Positions 1 to 8,821 of a DNA stretch of 64,000 bases are shown here, piece by piece (within the stretch, counting starts at the first letter, position 1; each line of letters begins with the position of its first letter). The notes beneath the pieces were generated by a model. It had not been told where the DNA came from, did no database searches, and worked only from the letters and a program-made list of their open reading frames with translations. Source of the stretch: Candidatus Kaiserbacteria bacterium (GTDB lineage: Bacteria > Patescibacteriota > Minisyncoccia > Phycocordibacterales > UBA2100); assembly GCA_016214605.1 (NCBI GenBank), contig JACROD010000023.1, forward strand, positions 32,428 to 96,427, given 5' to 3'. A program made the position numbers and the translations under genes.

Positions 1-1797
1 CTTGGACATGGCCTCGCCGATCGTACTCATTGCGGTCGAGAGTGCATCTGATGCTGATTTGATAGCCGCATCATCCGTGCCGGTGCGGGCGGTCTTCAAG
101 GCGTCGATCTTCTCCTGGACATTTTTGCGGATATCTTCGCTGACCTTGTCGCCGTGCTCCTTGAGGGCCTTTTCGGCGGCGTAGACCATCTGGTCGGCGT
201 TGTTTTGAGCTTCGACGAGGTCTTTCTTTTTCTTGTCGGAGTCTGCATTGACCTCGGCGTCTTTACGCATCTTTTCTACATCGGCATCGGAGAGGCCCGA
301 TGAACCCTCGATGCGGATCGACTGTTCTTTGTTGGTTGTCTTGTCCTTGGCCTTGACCGTGAGGATGCCATTGGCATCGATATCAAACGTAACCTCAATT
401 TTTGGCATACCACGAGGAGCTGGCGGGATACCATCGAGATTAAATTCTCCAATGAACTTATTGTCCGCAGCCATGGAGCGCTCGCCCTGCACGACCTTAA
501 TAGTTACCTCGGGCTGATTGTCCGAATAAGTCGAAAAGGTTTGGGAGCGTGATGTGGGAATTGTTGTATTTCGATCAACTAGCCTGGTCGCTATGCCACC
601 AGACGTTTCTATGCCCAGCGAAAGCGGGATCACGTCGAGCAAGAGCACGTCTTTGACATCTCCCTGCAAGATACCGCCCTGGATCGCGGCACCGAGCGCC
701 ACAACCTCGTCGGGATTGACCGACATGTTGGGCTTTTTGCCGAAGAAGGTCTCGACGACCTTTTGGAGTGCGGGCATACGGGTCTGGCCGCCGACCAAGA
801 TGACTTCATTGATATCGGCCACCTTAAAAGGCGAGGCTTCCATCGCGCGCTTGGTGATGGTCATGGCGCGGTCGATGAATTCTGCCGTGAGATCTTCGAG
901 CTTGCTGCGTGAGAGCTTGAGGAGGAGGTGACGGGGGCCGGAAGCATCTGAAGTGATGAACGGGATGTTGATCTCGGATTCGATCGCGCTGGAGAGCTCG
1001 ATCTTGGCGCGTTCGGCGGCCTCGTCGAGGCGCTGGCGCGCGAGCGGATCAGTGCGCACATCGATGCCAGATTCTTTTTTGAATTCGTCGGCGATCCAGC
1101 CGATGATCTTTTGGTCGATGTCTTTGCCGCCGAGATGTGCGTCGCCGTCGGTACTGCGGACCTCGATCACGTCGTCGCCCACTTCGAGCACAGAGATATC
1201 GAAAGTGCCGCCGCCGAAGTCGAAGACAACGATCTTTTCATTCTTCTTTTTATTAAAACCATACGCGAGCGCGGCCGCGGTCGGTTCGTTGATGATGCGC
1301 TTCACGTCGAGTCCGGCGATCTTGCCCGCGTCGCGAGTAGCTTGGCGCTGACTGTCGTTGAAATACGCCGGGACGGTGATGACGGCTTCGGTGATCTTCT
1401 CGCCCAAGCGTGCTTCGGCGTCTGCCTTGAGCTTTTGCAAGATCATCGCCGAGATCTCTTCGGGGCGGAGCCACTTATCTTGCATCAGTACCTCGACGCC
1501 GCCGTTGTCGGATTTGCGGACCTCGAAAGGCACCGTCGCACGGTCTTTGGTGACACCCTCTTCATCAAATGAATGGCCGATGAAGCGCTTGATCTGATAG
1601 ACGGTATTCTTGGGATTGGTGACACCCTGACGGCGTGCAAGGACGCCGACGAGGCGCTCGCCGGTCTTGGAAGTAGCGACGACCGACGGTGTGGTGCGCG
1701 CACCCTCGGCATTCTCGATGATCTCCGGCTCGCCCCCATGGATGTAGGCAAAAGCTGAATTTGTCGTCCCCAAGTCGATTCCAAGAATTTTTGACAT
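1..1797 (-). CDS. dnaK: Molecular chaperone DnaK (Hsp70). The start ATG is at 1795-1797 on the minus strand and the C-terminus runs off the window edge at position 1
   Basis: Translating the minus strand from 1797 gives [41 protein letters not shown]...[13 protein letters not shown]...[26 protein letters not shown]. These are canonical Hsp70 motifs. The overlapping plus-strand ORFs (2..1758) are antisense artefacts. Confidence 0.9.
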   Translation of the reverse strand, partial: MSKILGIDLGTTNSAFAYIHGGEPEIIENAEGARTTPSVVATSKTGERLVGVLARRQGVTNPKNTVYQIKRFIGHSFDEEGVTKDRATVPFEVRKSDNGGVEVLMQDKWLRPEEISAMILQKLKADAEARLGEKITEAVITVPAYFNDSQRQATRDAGKIAGLDVKRIINEPTAAALAYGFNKKKNEKIVVFDFGGGTFDISVLEVGDDVIEVRSTDGDAHLGGKDIDQKIIGWIADEFKKESGIDVRTDPLARQRLDEAAERAKIELSSAIESEINIPFITSDASGPRHLLLKLSRSKLEDLTAEFIDRAMTITKRAMEASPFKVADINEVILVGGQTRMPALQKVVETFFGKKPNMSVNPDEVVALGAAIQGGILQGDVKDVLLLDVIPLSLGIETSGGIATRLVDRNTTIPTSRSQTFSTYSDNQPEVTIKVVQGERSMAADNKFIGEFNLDGIPPAPRGMPKIEVTFDIDANGILTVKAKDKTTNKEQSIRIEGSSGLSDADVEKMRKDAEVNADSDKKKKDLVEAQNNADQMVYAAEKALKEHGDKVSEDIRKNVQEKIDALKTARTGTDDAAIKSASDALSTAMSTIGEAMSK

Positions 1798-1907
1798 AAA
1801 TGAGTGGATTGATTACGTAACAATAATAATCTAAATAAGAGAACTAAGCGAATACTTATACTTTAGTGGACTCTAGTAATTTCTAAAAATAATTATGTTT
1901 TGATTAT

Positions 1908-1945
1908 GCTCCTGTAATTCTCGCAATTGCGAGAATTACAGGAGC
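1908..1945. repeat. 38-bp perfect palindrome gctcctgtaattctcgcaa|ttgcgagaattacaggagc (copy 1 of the CTCCTGTAATT family)
   Basis: The self-complementarity was read directly. It lies between the dnaK start and the stop of the 1970..2554 gene. Confidence 0.8.
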
Positions 1946-1969
1946 ATCTCATTACAGTATATTCATTGT

Positions 1970-2554
1970 TCATAACAAGTCAAATAATTTTGCGAATTGT
2001 CGCATGTCATGCACTTCGGTAGCGACGATGTAGCGGATGCATTCGTCTATGCCGTACCATTGTGCGATCGTATGAACTTCCTCGTGGCACTCGTAGGGAT
2101 ATATAAAGACTGAGCGTTGGTACAGACGAAACCCCAAGTCTTCAAGTTTGAGCCGGAAGGGGTCGCGTGCTTTGTTGTGTCGCGCAGGTAGATCAAACAT
2201 CACGAGACGCCATTTCCGATCCCAACGATAAGGCTTTTTGATCGTGATATCATAAATGGCATCCTCGTTAAGTTTTATGTGCCCTTCACTCGTCAGATAC
2301 ACATAGAGGTTGTTGCCGCGCTCTTCAATGCGTATGCGATTCTTCTGCTCGAGGTATTTTATGGTCTTCCAAATACGATTGCGTTCAGTGCGTCCCTTGG
2401 GATTGAGATAGTCGATGAGTTGGAGGGTATTGGGAGCGGCTATCGCCATGCTACCGACTACGATACCAGCGCCTACAAGCCGCAATATATCCTTCGTGAG
2501 CTCACCTCGTCGATACTCTGAGGCGGTCTTTATGCCCTTAAATTTCGTCGCCAT
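1970..2554 (-). CDS. PaaX-like C-terminal domain protein with a Cas2/VapD-like core (WRLVMFDLP...FRLYQRSVF). Paralog of 61645..62238
   Basis: The 194-aa ORF carries ...AAPN..., WDRKWRLVMFDLPARHNKARDPFRLKLEDLGFRLYQRSVFIYPYE. This matches the PaaX_C / Cas2-fold pattern of a beta-strand, FD(I/L)P, an R-rich helix and (R)LQNSV. Confidence 0.5.
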   Translation of the reverse strand: MATKFKGIKTASEYRRGELTKDILRLVGAGIVVGSMAIAAPNTLQLIDYLNPKGRTERNRIWKTIKYLEQKNRIRIEERGNNLYVYLTSEGHIKLNEDAIYDITIKKPYRWDRKWRLVMFDLPARHNKARDPFRLKLEDLGFRLYQRSVFIYPYECHEEVHTIAQWYGIDECIRYIVATEVHDMRQFAKLFDLL

Positions 2555-2578
2555 GAAAAAAGGTTAGCACAACAGACA

Positions 2579-2617
2579 GCTCCTGTAAAACTCGCAATTG
2601 CGAGAATTACAGGAGCA
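2579..2617. repeat. Imperfect palindrome gctcctgtaaaactcgcaattgcgagaattacaggagc (copy 2)
   Basis: It shares both arms with copy 1, with 3 mismatches in the left arm. It sits immediately upstream of the start of the 1970..2554 gene. Confidence 0.75.
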
Positions 2618-2784
2618 GATACTTGACAGAGTGTGGCAATGTATGATAAAGTATATCCGGTAAAAATTGGCTAAATTGCACGGTTCGGAGGGGTCTTCGA
2701 GACTGTGCTTATCGGAGGATAAAACGATGGTGCGTAAAATCCTGAATCAACATTGGTCCGGTTGTCTTCGCTCTGACGGCTATC

Positions 2785-3162
2785 GTGATAGCTACGGCTG
2801 TCATCGGTAGCTTCAATAAGTACACTGAGATGAAGGCACAGCAAATCGCCGCACTTTCCGTCGAACAACGAGCGTTGGCGGAGAAAAACTTCGACGATCT
2901 CGCGACGGCGTTGCCCAAAACCATCGTCGTCATGGAGATCCTATACGATGGGCACAAGGAAGAGCTTGTGCTGTTGTGCAGGACCTATGTCGACGAGAAA
3001 AATGTCATTTGGATTGTCCGTGGTTGCGGACATCCGAGAAACGATAGTTTTCGGTGGGGTCGGGATAGTGATATCTTCGAGCTCCTCACGATGAAAATTG
3101 TGGCACCGGATGCTCCCGAGTACGACAAATTCAAGGACGAATGTCTCGAAAGATTCTTCTGA
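2785..3162 (+). CDS. Hypothetical protein (GTG start). A 27-aa upstream ORF with a GGAGGA RBS starts at 2727
   Basis: 125-aa ORF with no recognisable motif. It is the only plus-strand ORF in the grpE-dnaK gap. Confidence 0.25.
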   Translation: MIATAVIGSFNKYTEMKAQQIAALSVEQRALAEKNFDDLATALPKTIVVMEILYDGHKEELVLLCRTYVDEKNVIWIVRGCGHPRNDSFRWGRDSDIFELLTMKIVAPDAPEYDKFKDECLERFF

Positions 3163-3211
3163 CAAGATTCGCCTGGCCGAACTGAGAGCGCTCGTTTATG
3201 AGCGCTCTCTT

Positions 3212-3790
3212 CTATTTTTTGACGATCACTTGGGCGGGGCGGAGGATTCTTTCGCTTGTCTTATAACCATAGCGGAGAATGCGGACTATTTCGCCCGACT
3301 CCCCTGCCACATCTTCCATCTCTTGGACTATTTCGTGCAGATTGTGATCGGACATGTCGCCGACCTTGGTATAGCGTGTGACGCCGTTGCGCGAGAGTGC
3401 GTCGAGGAGCTGGTTGCGGATTTGCTCGATCCCTGATCGCCAGGATTCGTCGACATTGGCCCAGGCTTCGCCGGTCGCGGCCATGTCGAAGCTATCGAGG
3501 ACGGGGATGATGTCTTCGATGATGGAGTCTTTGGCGCGAGATGCAGCACGATCCGCCGCGGCGAAGGCTTCCTTGCGGACATTGACACTCTCGGCCTTGC
3601 ATCGCTGCCAGCCGTCGAGGTATTCGTCGCGTTTGGCCTGCGCCTCTTTGAGCTGATCGCGGAGCTTTTTGATCTTGGTCTGCGCGCCGGCGAGATCGCC
3701 CATCTCCTCATCAGCCTCAAAATCAAGCTCCGGTTCGTCATGTGAATGGGCACCATTCACGTCGCCAGTGTCATCTTCGTGCTTAAACAT
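3212..3790 (-). CDS. grpE: Nucleotide exchange factor GrpE
   Basis: It has an acidic N-terminus, a coiled-coil region (KKLRDQLKEAQAKRDEYLDGWQRCKAE), and a C-terminal GrpE signature ...HEIVQEMEDVAGESGEIVRILRYGYKTSERILRPAQVIV. Confidence 0.8.
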   Translation of the reverse strand: MFKHEDDTGDVNGAHSHDEPELDFEADEEMGDLAGAQTKIKKLRDQLKEAQAKRDEYLDGWQRCKAESVNVRKEAFAAADRAASRAKDSIIEDIIPVLDSFDMAATGEAWANVDESWRSGIEQIRNQLLDALSRNGVTRYTKVGDMSDHNLHEIVQEMEDVAGESGEIVRILRYGYKTSERILRPAQVIVKK

Positions 3791-3882
3791 GTGGAAAATG
3801 ATAACATAGGGCTTGTTTTATGAGGTATTGACAAATATACACAGTTCTAGTTCTATAAGGAACTAGCTAGTAGGAGGGTCAC

Positions 3883-4074
3883 GTGTCACTGACACACAAG
3901 GACAAACTGAATCCACGATACGCCATGAAGCTTTTGGGGATAGCGGCTATCCTCGCGGCAATCTACCGGGGGCTTTATATGGCGGCTCACTACCGGCATG
4001 CGTTTCCTGTAGGCATCTTACAGATGTTGAATACGGTGATGAGTATCTTGGCGGCAGTTTTTTCGTCTATATAG
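3883..4074 (+). CDS. Small membrane protein (GTG start, RBS AGGAGGG at 3872-3878)
   Basis: The 63-aa ORF has a hydrophobic segment LLGIAAILAAIY. A TTGACA box lies at about 3829. Confidence 0.3.
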   Translation: MSLTHKDKLNPRYAMKLLGIAAILAAIYRGLYMAAHYRHAFPVGILQMLNTVMSILAAVFSSI

Positions 4075-4349
4075 GTTTCTCATACTTTCGCAAGTTGGGA
4101 GACTTTTGTGGCGAAGAGACGCGGGTCGAGGATATGCCGTATTTGTCCATCTTCTTCAGGAGACTGGGACACTGGGCGGGATGGATCATTTTGGTAGGAA
4201 GCTTACTATTCGCTCCCTACTTTATGCAACGCTAACCAAGGAGGATATGTCGATGGTCATCAGTTCTGTGTGGAAACAGAAATTGCTCGAAGTCGCGATG
4301 TTCGCAATCCTCGCCATGGGCATCATATTCGAATGTTGATCCGAGGATC

Positions 4350-4577
4350 GTGATAGCGCTTTGGGTCTTGGAGGCACAAGCAGTCATTCTGTTCATCGCC
4401 TTCAAATACTGGAGACTGGAAGATCTGGCCAGACACATAAATCGAACGTATGTCGCCAAGCGCTTCGGCGAAAAGGTCGGCAAACGCTTCGAGTGGTGGT
4501 GCGGCAGTCTCGTCGGGTGGATCGTGGTGATATTCCTCACTACTTTCTGGTGGGAGAATTTTTACCGCTGTCTCTGA
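4350..4577 (+). CDS. Hypothetical small membrane protein
   Basis: 75 aa with two hydrophobic segments, followed by a terminator at 4617-4650. A 30-aa peptide with RBS AAGGAGG at 4246..4338 precedes it. Confidence 0.3.
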   Translation: MIALWVLEAQAVILFIAFKYWRLEDLARHINRTYVAKRFGEKVGKRFEWWCGSLVGWIVVIFLTTFWWENFYRCL

Positions 4578-4616
4578 CTACCCTGTTCGTGCAATATGTG
4601 CACGAATCACAAACAA

Positions 4617-4650
4617 GCCCCCGGATCTTCGGATCCGGGGGCTCTTTTTA
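4617..4650 (+). terminator. Rho-independent terminator
   Basis: The sequence gcccccggatcttcggatccgggggc is followed by tcttttta. Confidence 0.6.
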
Positions 4651-4711
4651 TGCACAGATATGCTTTGACAAATCTATTTTGTACGTTATTATTGTGCCGG
4701 ACCACAAAGGC

Positions 4712-5104
4712 ATGGGAGAAGCCCACATGGACGACCTGATGTTTCGCTGCCGAGTTTACGGATATTTGTCCGGCGAAAACAACAAAAATTCGATGGAGCC
4801 GATGACGGTGGATGGTATACAAAAGGAGATCCAGAAGGACTGGGACACGGCCGGAAAGGCACCCCCATCTCCGTCGATCTTCTCCGAGCACTTTTCTTTT
4901 TTGCGACCCGATACTTCAAAGATCGGTTTGCCAGAGCCTGACGCGAAAAGGATCAAAAAAGCTCTTGAGACGCTCAAAGAAGAAAAGATGGTCGTTCATC
5001 CTATATTAGGGATGAACGAAAAAGGCGAGCCGGTCTATGATGAAAATCTCTGGATCAGGATCTATAGGGAGCCTGTACAGGAAACCGAACAGGAAGCAGC
5101 CTAG
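4712..5104 (+). CDS. Hypothetical protein
   Basis: This is the ATG-initiated portion of ORF 4361..5104 (MGEAHMDDLMFRCRVYGY...). No motif was recognised. Confidence 0.3.
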   Translation: MGEAHMDDLMFRCRVYGYLSGENNKNSMEPMTVDGIQKEIQKDWDTAGKAPPSPSIFSEHFSFLRPDTSKIGLPEPDAKRIKKALETLKEEKMVVHPILGMNEKGEPVYDENLWIRIYREPVQETEQEAA

Positions 5105-5184
5105 TCATCTAACTAAACAGTTCTTTTTACCGCTTCGAGTCCGATAAGGATCGGGGCGGTATTTTTTTATGCATACTCGATACG

Positions 5185-5220
5185 AAAAAACCCGGCTGGT
5201 GCCGGGTCCTTTCTTTTTTG
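5185..5220. terminator. Bidirectional terminator hairpin (aaaaaacccggctggtgccgggtcctttcttttttg)
   Basis: The stem cccggc/gccggg is flanked by an A-run and a T-run. It lies downstream of rpsI on the minus strand and of the 4712 gene on the plus strand. Confidence 0.5.
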
Positions 5221-5233
5221 TCTTTGGGAGAAA

Positions 5234-5632
5234 TTAGCGCTTACTCCACTGTGGGGCGCGGCGGGCACCCTTGAGACCAAACTTCTTGCGTTCGCGTGAT
5301 CTAGGGTCGCGCTTGAGGTAGCCGCGGACCTTCAGGTCCTTACGCTGTTCGGGGACGATCTCGATCATGGCGCGGGCGACACCGAGACGGATCGATTCGG
5401 CCTGAGCCTTCAATCCCCCACCCTGGACCTTGGCGGAGACGGCGTAGCTGGCACCCACAGCCTGCATAGAGGCGTAGGCGGTCTTGATCATGACCTGAAG
5501 CGGAAAGTACTCCTCTGCGGTCTTGCCATTGACCATCATCGAGGCGCTCTTGGCCGGGACGATGCGGACGCGAGCCGATGCGGTCTTGCGGCGGCCGATG
5601 CCTTCTGTGTATGTCTGTGCTTTGGTAGCCAT
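5234..5632 (-). CDS. rpsI: 30S ribosomal protein S9
   Basis: GRRKTASARVRIVPAKS...GGGLKAQAESIRLGVARA...YLKRDPRSRERKKFGLKGARRAPQWSKR. Confidence 0.9.
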   Translation of the reverse strand: MATKAQTYTEGIGRRKTASARVRIVPAKSASMMVNGKTAEEYFPLQVMIKTAYASMQAVGASYAVSAKVQGGGLKAQAESIRLGVARAMIEIVPEQRKDLKVRGYLKRDPRSRERKKFGLKGARRAPQWSKR

Positions 5633-5751
5633 AGGGATAGTGAATAGGGTTTAGCCACTAGCGACTAGTGATAAGGTTCCCCGATTGTATTTTATTTATA
5701 ATGTAATTCATAGGCGTTTTTTGATTTTTACTAATGGCTATACCCTAGTGG

Positions 5752-6114
5752 CTAGTCGCTAATAATAAGATTTTTCATGCGAGCGACGCGCATAGTGTTG
5801 TCGGGGAGCATACTGTGGATCGCACGGCGCACTGCCTCGCCATGGCCTTTGCGTGTGTTGAGCTTGCCGAGAGTCTCTTTCTTGAAGCCGCCCGGGTAGC
5901 CCGTATAGCGGGTATAGGTCTTTTGGATAAGCTTGCGCTCGCGGACGGTGAGCTTGGAGGTGTTGGTGATGTTGACGCGGACATTTGAACGGATATTGGC
6001 CGTGTACGAAGGCAGAGTCTTGCCCATAAGCATCTTGGCCGCCTCTGAGGCGACACGACCGAGGGACTTGCCTGCGGCGTCGATGGTGTATTCAGCTGTA
6101 GTGTGTGTGGTCAT
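5752..6114 (-). CDS. rplM: 50S ribosomal protein L13
   Basis: The 120-aa ORF shows the L13 pattern (...KLTVRERKLIQKTYTRYTGYPGGFKKETLGKL...). It lies upstream of rpsI in the conserved rplM-rpsI order. Confidence 0.85.
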   Translation of the reverse strand: MTTHTTAEYTIDAAGKSLGRVASEAAKMLMGKTLPSYTANIRSNVRVNITNTSKLTVRERKLIQKTYTRYTGYPGGFKKETLGKLNTRKGHGEAVRRAIHSMLPDNTMRVARMKNLIISD

Positions 6115-6118
6115 ACTA

Positions 6119-6475
6119 TTATTTTACAAATTCGATACGTGCGGATTCGGTGTGCTGCTTGCCAATCTGGCCCATGCGGACGATACGGGTATAACCACCT
6201 TGGCGGTCAGCATACCGCACTGCAAGCGTTTCGTGAAGCTTCTTGACGGCATCCGGGGCGCCTCCAAGGCGGCTGGATACAGTGCGCTGTGAGGCGACGG
6301 TGTTCTTCTTGGCCTGTGTCACCAATCGCTCCACGAAGGGGCGCAGCTCCTTGGCCTTGGCGATCGTGGTCACGATCCCCTCTTCAAGGACGAGTGAGCG
6401 GGCAAGGCCGCGCATAAGGCCGTTGCGCACGTGCTTCACGCGGCCAAATGTTCGTTTACGGTGAAAGTGACGCAT
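6119..6475 (-). CDS. rplQ: 50S ribosomal protein L17
   Basis: MRHFHRKRTFGRVKHVRNGLMRGLARSLVLEEGIVTTIAKAKELRPFVERLVTQAKK... This is L17 and sits downstream of rpoA as in the alpha operon. Confidence 0.9.
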   Translation of the reverse strand: MRHFHRKRTFGRVKHVRNGLMRGLARSLVLEEGIVTTIAKAKELRPFVERLVTQAKKNTVASQRTVSSRLGGAPDAVKKLHETLAVRYADRQGGYTRIVRMGQIGKQHTESARIEFVK

Positions 6476-6483
6476 AAATTTAG

Positions 6484-6567
6484 TTGACAGTTGACAGTTG
6501 ACAGTTGACAGAAAAACCGCGAACGACGTTGGTCGCCACTGTAAACTGTAAACTGTAAACTGTAAAC
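6484..6567. repeat. 84-nt composite element: (TTGACAG)x4, a 26-nt spacer, (ACTGTAA)x4 (copy A)
   Basis: The tandem heptamers were read directly. The two blocks are near-complementary (6/7 per unit), so they could form a long imperfect hairpin. It sits in the rpoA-rplQ intergenic gap. Confidence 0.85.
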
Positions 6568-6581
6568 TTGTTCATAATTAA

Positions 6582-7553
6582 TTACTGTATACGCAGGGTA
6601 AGGCCAAGGTTGGATAGAGCCCTTTTAATGTCTTGCAAGCCCTTCTGACCCATGCCCTCGATCGCGAGAAGATCATCTTCGCGCTTGCGCACGAGGCCGC
6701 CGACCGTACGGATCGATGCGTTGTCGAGCGCCGCTTCGACGCGCTGAGGGAGATTGAGCTCGGTGATGCGGGTCTTCAGGACCTCGGCATCCATCGGGAT
6801 GGATTTGTCTTCGTTCTTCGTGGCGTTTTCTGCAGCCATGACAGGCGCCTCAACAACTTCTTCCTCCTTGAATCCAATGACCGCCTTGAGCTGATGGATC
6901 ATGGTCTCGATTGAAGTCTCGAGGGCCTCGCGCGGAGAGATGGTGCCGTCGGTCTCAATGATCATGCGGAGGCGGTTGAAATCGGTGCGATCGCCGACGC
7001 GCATGTTTTCTACTTCGTAATTGACGCGGCGAATAGGGCTGAAGATCGCATCGAGTGCGATGGTGCCGATGTCCACACGCTCTTTCTGGTGGATTTCCTT
7101 GGGGATATAGCCGAGACCGCGTTCTGCGCGGATCTCGATCTCGAGATTGGTCTTGGATGTGATACTCGCTATGGGAGTCTCCGGATTGAGGATCTCTACC
7201 TGGCCAGGAAGCTTCAAATCGGCGGCAGTGACATCCTTCGGACCTTTGACCGAGAGATGGATGGTCTGCGGTTCATCGGTGAGAAGACGGAAGCGGATCT
7301 TGCGAAGATTGAGCAAGATAGTGACCACGTCTTCTTTGACGCCTTCGATCGCGGAGAATTCGTGGGCTACACCAGGGATCTTGACGTGTGTGACCGCAGC
7401 GCCCGGAAGAGAAGAAAGAATGATGCGGCGAAGACTGTTGCCCAAGGTAAAGCCGTATCCCGGGTAAAGACCGTCGATTTCATAGATACCGCTGCGCTCG
7501 GATTCGCTTACGATACGTGGCTTTCCAGGAAGTGCGATGTGATAGTCAGACAT
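6582..7553 (-). CDS. rpoA: DNA-directed RNA polymerase alpha subunit
   Basis: 323 aa with NSLRRIILSSLPGAAVTHVKIPGVAHEFSAIEGVKEDV... (alpha NTD) and a C-terminal ...VGGLVRKREDDLLAIEGMGQKGLQDIKRAL (alpha CTD HhH). Confidence 0.9.
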   Translation of the reverse strand: MSDYHIALPGKPRIVSESERSGIYEIDGLYPGYGFTLGNSLRRIILSSLPGAAVTHVKIPGVAHEFSAIEGVKEDVVTILLNLRKIRFRLLTDEPQTIHLSVKGPKDVTAADLKLPGQVEILNPETPIASITSKTNLEIEIRAERGLGYIPKEIHQKERVDIGTIALDAIFSPIRRVNYEVENMRVGDRTDFNRLRMIIETDGTISPREALETSIETMIHQLKAVIGFKEEEVVEAPVMAAENATKNEDKSIPMDAEVLKTRITELNLPQRVEAALDNASIRTVGGLVRKREDDLLAIEGMGQKGLQDIKRALSNLGLTLRIQ

Positions 7554-7629
7554 AAATGACGTTTTTGGCCGCTAAAATAATAAATTTCGATAATAAAAAT
7601 TTGAACACCAAAAGTTGGACTATTATACC

Positions 7630-8250
7630 CTATCTACTGTAAAACTCAAACACTGTTGCATAATCAAGTCCGGTCTCGGCGGGGCTGTAGGTGGGCTCAG
7701 TTTGGACCTCGACGCGCAGGGCGGAAAGGTCGACGGCGAGCCATGCTGGGATTCCGCGGACCTGCTCTTCCTTGGCCTCGGCGAGTCCGGCAAAGAGCGG
7801 GCTGATGCGGCTCCCTTCGCGCACAGCGAGAACATCGCCCTTGCGGACGCGATATGAAGGGACGGTGACACGGGTGCCGTTTACCGTGATGTGGCCATGG
7901 CTCACGACTTGGCGTGCAGCGCGGCGAGTAGCAGCGAGACCAGCGCGATACACGGCGCTGTCGAGGCGTGACTCGAGCTCTATGTGAAGCGATTGCGACG
8001 GATCGGCCTGTGTGAAGGCCTTCTCGGCATAATTAGAGAGTTGGCGCTCGGAAAGGCCGTATGTATAGCGTACGCGCTGCTTTTCGATCAGCTGCTTGCC
8101 GTAGTCTGATCCACCACCGCGTCCACCGCGGGTCTTTTTGCTGGCCTTTGAGCGAGCCTCAGAAAGCGCAAACTTCTGGGTCTGGGTCTTTTCGAAGACG
8201 CCAGCACCGAGACGCTTTGCTACTTTGTATTTTGATTTGACCTGCAACAT
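7630..8250 (-). CDS. rpsD: 30S ribosomal protein S4
   Basis: The ATG at 8248-8250 gives MLQVKSKYKVAKRLG... and ...SERQLSNYAEKAFTQ..., RLDSAVYRAGLAATRRAARQVVSHGHITVNGTRVTVPSYRVRKGDV (the S4 domain). The listed 296-aa ORF over-extends upstream into rpsK. Confidence 0.9.
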   Translation of the reverse strand: MLQVKSKYKVAKRLGAGVFEKTQTQKFALSEARSKASKKTRGGRGGGSDYGKQLIEKQRVRYTYGLSERQLSNYAEKAFTQADPSQSLHIELESRLDSAVYRAGLAATRRAARQVVSHGHITVNGTRVTVPSYRVRKGDVLAVREGSRISPLFAGLAEAKEEQVRGIPAWLAVDLSALRVEVQTEPTYSPAETGLDYATVFEFYSR

Positions 8251-8278
8251 AAAAGAAAATAAATAGATGATGAGAGGA

Positions 8279-8713
8279 TTATACGCGACGTGCCTTGCGC
8301 TTGCGCGGGCCATTGTGCGGGACCGGTGTGTCGTCGGCGATGCGAGACACTTCGATTCCCTTTCCTGCAAAAGCGCGAAGGGCTGACTCGCGGCCTGATC
8401 CGACGCCGCGGATGACCACATCCACCTCCTTGATGCCGATAATATTGGCCTTGTCGCCCACAATCTCCCCGACCTTGGCGGCGGCAAAAGGAGTGCCCTT
8501 CTTGGCGCCGGAGAAGCCAAGGGAGCCAGATGACGACCATGCGACGGCGTTGCCGTTCTTGTCCGAGAGAAGGACTTTTGTATTATTAAAAGTCGCCTCG
8601 ATGTGGAGGGTACCCGCGACGATGTTTTTCTTGGCTACACGTGCCAAAGAGCGCGACTTGAGTCCCGCGTCTACGCCGCCGCCTGATTTTCGTATGATTC
8701 GTTTTTTGCCCAT
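8279..8713 (-). CDS. rpsK: 30S ribosomal protein S11
   Basis: ...GTLHIEATFNNTKVLLSDKNGNAVAWSSSGSLGFSGAKKGTPFAAAKVGE... Confidence 0.9.
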   Translation of the reverse strand: MGKKRIIRKSGGGVDAGLKSRSLARVAKKNIVAGTLHIEATFNNTKVLLSDKNGNAVAWSSSGSLGFSGAKKGTPFAAAKVGEIVGDKANIIGIKEVDVVIRGVGSGRESALRAFAGKGIEVSRIADDTPVPHNGPRKRKARRV

Positions 8714-8726
8714 GGTATTTTATTAG

Positions 8727-8810
8727 TTGACAGTTGACAGTTGACAGTTGACAGAAAAAGCATTGAGCGCGTCGAGGCCCACTGTAAACTGTAAACTGTT
8801 GACTGTAAAC
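8727..8810. repeat. Copy B of the 84-nt heptamer element: (TTGACAG)x4, a 26-nt spacer, ACTGTAA ACTGTAA ACTGTTG ACTGTAA
   Basis: Same architecture and flanks as copy A (...cttgttcataa then the TAA stop). It sits in the rpsM-rpsK intergenic gap. Confidence 0.85.
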
Positions 8811-8821
8811 TTGTTCATAAA

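Noticed and set aside
2-1758. Several plus-strand ORFs (for example 233..517, 554..931, 953..1351, 1111..1572) in the first 1.8 kb
   Set aside because: They are antisense to a clearly recognisable dnaK coding sequence on the minus strand. They are low-complexity S/A/R-rich translations typical of GC-rich antisense frames.
1798-1970. CIRCE (TTAGCACTC-N9-GAGTGCTAA) heat-shock operator upstream of dnaK or grpE
   Set aside because: It was not found in either upstream region (1798-1970 or 3791-3880). Only unrelated palindromes are present.
5120-5170. tRNA-like T-arm sequence (cttcgagtcc)
   Set aside because: It is not preceded by GG as in GGTTCGAGTCC. The context folds as a simple hairpin (ccgataaggatcgg) followed by a T-run, so it is read as a terminator. 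No D-arm or anticodon arm could be built.
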